Positions 60,138 to 64,000 of a stretch of 64,000 nucleotides of DNA are shown here, one piece after another. Source of the DNA: an uncultured Methanobrevibacter sp. GTDB taxonomy: Archaea > Methanobacteriota > Methanobacteria > Methanobacteriales > Methanobacteriaceae. The stretch is taken from contig ONJC01000007.1 of the NCBI GenBank assembly GCA_900318035.1, forward strand, positions 2,015 to 66,014, given 5' to 3'. A program made the translations under genes and the position numbers. Under the pieces are notes generated by a model. The model was not told where the DNA came from. It saw only the letters and a list, made by a program, of their open reading frames with translations, and searched no databases. How positions within the stretch are numbered: position 1 is the stretch's first letter; the number at the start of each line of letters is the position of its first letter.

Positions 60138-61640
60138 TTAATAATTATATCCCATATCTAACATTTCCTGTTCATCATTATCCAACTTTTCTTTATTTTT
60201 TTGTTGGATATTTTTAAAATGAGAGACAATGTCCATGTCATCACCATGACGGCGGCCTTTAAACTCATCAATTTTAACGAGTGTAGGCACTCTAGTCATT
60301 AAACCTAAAACAATGGCTTCTCCAACATTTAAAGAAGGAAGCTGATTTACCAAATCCTGAGATAGGCTTTCACTTGCTGACTGAACATGCCTTTGGTCTT
60401 CCGGTTCGACAAGCCTTAAGATTATCATGTTATTCATTTGGGACAATGCATCATGGTCGACCGTCTTTGGAGATTGGCTTACAAGACATAATCCTATTCC
60501 AAATTTACGGCCTTCCCTCGCTACCCTTTGAATCCATCTTTTGGAGTCGGAATCACGTTTGTTTGGAGCCAAAATATGAGCTTCCTCAAGAATGAAAAAT
60601 ACTGAATTGTCCAACAGGTCATTTTTATTGTCACTGTGTGCGGCATCCTTAGACCTTTGAAGTGAATTTCTTAAGATATGGCTTACAAGAACGCTGGCTA
60701 CAGATTCATCCACCTGACTTAAATCCAGGACATTGACATAACCCGCTTTAATATTGGACAATATATTTGCGGCATTCTTGTCAAACAGTTTAGAGTATCG
60801 GTCCATCGAATCGTCAATCTTATTCATCACGTCAACGATTTGCTTGTCTGAACCTTCTTCAAGGGATTTTTCATACAAAATATCGTACATTACCTGTAAA
60901 AAGTTGTTTGTATTCGCTCTGCCATCACCCAACATTTCTTTAGCTTCTCTGAAAGCTCTTCTAAAGTGCCTTTCCTGAATGTAACCGTTTGTTGGAATAT
61001 TGACTAACCTTCTAATCTCATTAAATGCCATGTAATTAGGATTAATTCTAGGTGATATTACATTAACGTCCCCGTTCGGAAAACTGGCGTCCTTATATTC
61101 GCCATGCATATCAAATACAAATACCGGAACGCTGTAACCCAAAAGCTGATCAATCAGAACAGATACAGTATTTGACTTACCTGCACCTGTCATTGCCAAA
61201 ATGGCCAGATGCCTTGATAAGATTGGATTGGCTTCAACATTTACCTCAACATCACTCTGATTAACAAGACAACCCAGTTTCAGCGGATTTTTGACCTTGA
61301 AAATCTCTTTTAAAATATCCTTGTCAGCCAGTTTTATTTCGGTTCCAGGAAGCACAGGAGTTCTTGGCAACTTTAAATTATCTTTAACATCACCAAGGAT
61401 TTTTACCTTTCCCCTAATGTAATTGTCGTCTACTCCTATACTTGAAATTTTTTGAATAGCTTTAAAATCATTAATATCAACGTTTAAAGCATCATTTCCA
61501 CGTATCAAATTTTCAATCATTCCCAAAACTTGTTTTCCATCGTATTCGATTGTAACATATTGTCCTACTTTAGGCATTTTATCTGAGATGAATGTTACTT
61601 CCGTAAGTGAGGTTTCACCAACACAGATTCCTACTACCAT
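60138..61640 (-). CDS. herA: HerA helicase/ATPase
   Basis: HAS barrel, RHLAILAMTGAGKS, FDMHGEY, EEAH, REGRKFG and SQSP motifs. Confidence 0.93.
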   Translation of the reverse strand: MVVGICVGETSLTEVTFISDKMPKVGQYVTIEYDGKQVLGMIENLIRGNDALNVDINDFKAIQKISSIGVDDNYIRGKVKILGDVKDNLKLPRTPVLPGTEIKLADKDILKEIFKVKNPLKLGCLVNQSDVEVNVEANPILSRHLAILAMTGAGKSNTVSVLIDQLLGYSVPVFVFDMHGEYKDASFPNGDVNVISPRINPNYMAFNEIRRLVNIPTNGYIQERHFRRAFREAKEMLGDGRANTNNFLQVMYDILYEKSLEEGSDKQIVDVMNKIDDSMDRYSKLFDKNAANILSNIKAGYVNVLDLSQVDESVASVLVSHILRNSLQRSKDAAHSDNKNDLLDNSVFFILEEAHILAPNKRDSDSKRWIQRVAREGRKFGIGLCLVSQSPKTVDHDALSQMNNMIILRLVEPEDQRHVQSASESLSQDLVNQLPSLNVGEAIVLGLMTRVPTLVKIDEFKGRRHGDDMDIVSHFKNIQQKNKEKLDNDEQEMLDMGYNY

Positions 61641-62710
61641 GACATCACTTCCCTGTTTGTAGTTTCATAAATCTTAGCTATCTTCAACAATTCCCTAATG
61701 TTTCTGTCTGTTATTACAACATCATTGTGTGCCTTATTTAAAAGATAAGGATATCCCTGAACGGATAAAACGTTAATTTTCCTTATAATTTCAAATACTT
61801 CTTTTTTTGATGCTTTGTAAGGCAGTTCCACTTTTAAAACATTTTTGTTATCCTGGAGCCTGACATAAAATATTGTAAAGGTCAATCCCTTAAAGAAATC
61901 ATTGTAATATTGAAAAGCAGCCTTTTCATATACCTTGAAATCATCTTTAATTATAGACATTCCCTGTTTTTGAGTATTTTTATCTAAAAATGCAATGTCC
62001 GGAATATTCCAGTGAAACAAAGAGTTATCAGATGATGTTTTTGATATTGAAATAATCTTTTTGCGATATTGTAAAATTTCCTTTAGAAGTATTATCTTTT
62101 CGATTGAAGCGAGATGCAGATTATACTGCTCTATCTTATTTGAGTTTTCATCCTTCGGCAATTCCACTAATTTAAAAGTGTCTCTGATATCCGGAAAAAC
62201 CAAACCATAGGGATTTCTATCCAACCTTCTCTCGAATTCATTTAAAAGTGTGTCATCCAGGTTTTTCCTAATCTTATCCGGAAGTTTGGCACTTCTTGGA
62301 AATGCATTTTGAAGGTCACCCAAAATGGATCCGTCAAACATGTAATAATCAACATCATATTCCCTTATAGCCCTTAAGGCACACTTTAACTCATATATTG
62401 CCATATAATTGCCTAAAAGCTCATCCAAAAAGGAAACATGTCCAATATCAAATATATCGGAATCATCAATTTTTTTTATTTTACCATCATAAATTATGGA
62501 TTCAGCACCTACAGCACAGAAATTGGTTGTGAGAAATTTCTTTTTATTGAAACTCCCGTCACCTGCTGCAATGATAAAATCATCAGAACTTTCTCCGATT
62601 TCCCTATCAAACCACCTTCCATTTAGCAGTGATTCGATGTCAGTTTCTGACTCAATATCATGGATAAATCCTCTTTTAGCGATGGCTTTTTCATATAGTG
62701 AATTTAACAT
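61634..62710 (-). CDS. nurA: NurA nuclease
   Basis: AGDGS, FDGS, ISKTS and GYPYLLNKAHNDV motifs; overlaps herA. Confidence 0.93.
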   Translation of the reverse strand: MLNSLYEKAIAKRGFIHDIESETDIESLLNGRWFDREIGESSDDFIIAAGDGSFNKKKFLTTNFCAVGAESIIYDGKIKKIDDSDIFDIGHVSFLDELLGNYMAIYELKCALRAIREYDVDYYMFDGSILGDLQNAFPRSAKLPDKIRKNLDDTLLNEFERRLDRNPYGLVFPDIRDTFKLVELPKDENSNKIEQYNLHLASIEKIILLKEILQYRKKIISISKTSSDNSLFHWNIPDIAFLDKNTQKQGMSIIKDDFKVYEKAAFQYYNDFFKGLTFTIFYVRLQDNKNVLKVELPYKASKKEVFEIIRKINVLSVQGYPYLLNKAHNDVVITDRNIRELLKIAKIYETTNREVMSW

Positions 62711-62802
62711 AATATCTCCTTTAATTAATTACGTTAATGTGTTATTCATCAATTCTGAAATTAATGAAAAAATACATATAATATTATTTTATATGCTCTA
62801 AC

Positions 62803-62837
62803 ATTTAAATTGAACCAGAGAGCATTTGATGAGTATT
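62803..62837 (-). promoter_or_regulatory. 20-bp motif AATACTCATCAAATGCTCTC, 8-bp spacer, TTTAAAT box upstream of nurA
   Basis: Plus strand GAGAGCATTTGATGAGTATT at 62818-62837 is the exact reverse complement of 47694-47713. Confidence 0.7.
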
Positions 62838-62885
62838 CCAATATTAAAAGAGAATAATAAAAAAAATATGGTTAGAGCAGTTGAC

Positions 62886-63638
62886 CTACTCTAGTGAAGC
62901 CTTTCTAATAGCTCCGGTCAATTCTTGAATTTTAGCTTTTACATCATCCACTTCTTCAACAACAGTACCGGTTACAATAATGTCTCCACCGGCTTTTGCT
63001 GCAGTGTAGGCTGCTTTTCCATCACGGATTCCTCCACCAACAACAAGGATGTTTTTAGGAGCGGCTTTTTTAGAGTATGCAATCATTTCCGGAGGAACAG
63101 GTTCTTTAACTCCAGAACCCCCTTCAAGATAGAAGAATTTAATTCCAAACAATTCTGCAGACATCGCATATACTGCAGGTATTTTAGGCTTGTTTCTAGG
63201 TATTAAATTTGCATCGCCAACCCAACCGACAGTTCCTCCAGGAGCTACAACTATATAATGCATGGATAAAATTTCCATTCCAGAGGCTTTAACTGATGGT
63301 GCGGCAATAGCCTGAGCACCGTTAATCCAGTAAGGATTTCTAGAATTAACATAACTCATGTAGAAAATAGCATCTGCATATTTACTTACACTACTGGTAT
63401 TTCCAGGGAAAATAATAATGGGCACTGCAATATTTTCAGATAAAATTTTACAAGTATTATCTACATCATCACCATCTACAGTGGACCCTCCAATCATAAT
63501 TCCATCAGTTCCGCCTTCAATAGCCTGGGTAGCTATTTCCAAAGCTTCTTCCGGTGTCTGTTCGTCAGGATCAATTAAAGTAAAATGAATCTTTCTTTCC
63601 TTAAGAATATCCCTAATATAATTTTCAACGTTTTTCAT
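62886..63638 (-). CDS. Geranylgeranylglyceryl phosphate synthase
   Basis: HFTLIDPD, IGGST, IIFPG, YLEGGSG, VGGGIR and IVTGT motifs. Confidence 0.92.
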   Translation of the reverse strand: MKNVENYIRDILKERKIHFTLIDPDEQTPEEALEIATQAIEGGTDGIMIGGSTVDGDDVDNTCKILSENIAVPIIIFPGNTSSVSKYADAIFYMSYVNSRNPYWINGAQAIAAPSVKASGMEILSMHYIVVAPGGTVGWVGDANLIPRNKPKIPAVYAMSAELFGIKFFYLEGGSGVKEPVPPEMIAYSKKAAPKNILVVGGGIRDGKAAYTAAKAGGDIIVTGTVVEEVDDVKAKIQELTGAIRKASLE

Positions 63639-63741
63639 AAAGATTACCTAAAATAAGATTTATAAAAAATAATATATTAAATTAATTGTTATTAAAAATT
63701 GAATAAAATAAAAAAAATAGTAAAAAGAAAAGAGAATAAAT

Positions 63742-63891
63742 CTATGATCCTCTTTGTTCTTTTGCTTTGAATCTTAAACCTTTGTAACCGCATTTTCTAC
63801 AAGTTGTAGCACCAGCAGGGTTACGGGCATTACATTTTAAGCAGATTTTTACATTGAACATTCTGTTTTCTGCTACTTCAAATCTTGCCAT
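63742..63891 (-). CDS. rpl40e: 50S ribosomal protein L40e
   Basis: Read by hand: [49 protein letters not shown], preceded by an AGGAGGAG RBS. Confidence 0.95.
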   Translation of the reverse strand: MARFEVAENRMFNVKICLKCNARNPAGATTCRKCGYKGLRFKAKEQRGS

Positions 63892-64000
63892 TAATAACTC
63901 CTCCTATAATCATGAAAATTTAGTAAAATAAATTGTTATGAAATTAAAAGTAATATTTCAGTCTTCATAACTATTAATTAATTATTTAAACCTAATAGTA

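Noticed and set aside
62818-62880. C/D-box sRNA, since the reverse of the 20-bp motif contains TGATGA
   Set aside because: No CTGA D-box at a suitable distance after either copy.

Overview
AT-rich archaeal DNA from a Methanobacteriales methanogen, most likely Methanobrevibacter. The evidence is a pseudomurein-type Mur ligase, adhesin-like proteins, HdrABC, ComA/D/E, CofH, MtxX, PriS/PriL, HerA-NurA-Mre11-Rad50, GGGP synthase and L40e. Most of the window is housekeeping, with a few accessory-looking insertions: a low-GC PIN-domain gene pair, three adhesin-like genes, a degenerate DUF4062 gene and an aldo/keto reductase. One tRNA-Ala(GGC) and rpl40e, which the ORF track missed, were read directly from the sequence. 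No CRISPR array, rRNA or transposase was seen. Main observations: (1) An exact 20-bp sequence, AATACTCATCAAATGCTCTC, lies 8 bp upstream of a TATA-like box in front of both the UvrD-helicase/Fe-S-nuclease pair and the nurA-herA-mre11-rad50 cluster, 15 kb apart. This suggests a shared DNA-repair regulon element. (2) A palindrome, TGTTG-N7-CAACA, abuts TATA-like boxes of both the flavodoxin and aldo/keto reductase genes. (3) A comA-marker16-hdrCBA run encodes an HdrA whose fused MvhD-like domain lacks all cysteines and an HdrB with an altered CCG motif. (4) A nested multi-stem element lies in an adhesin leader. All product calls come from motif recognition by eye; no database searches were run.
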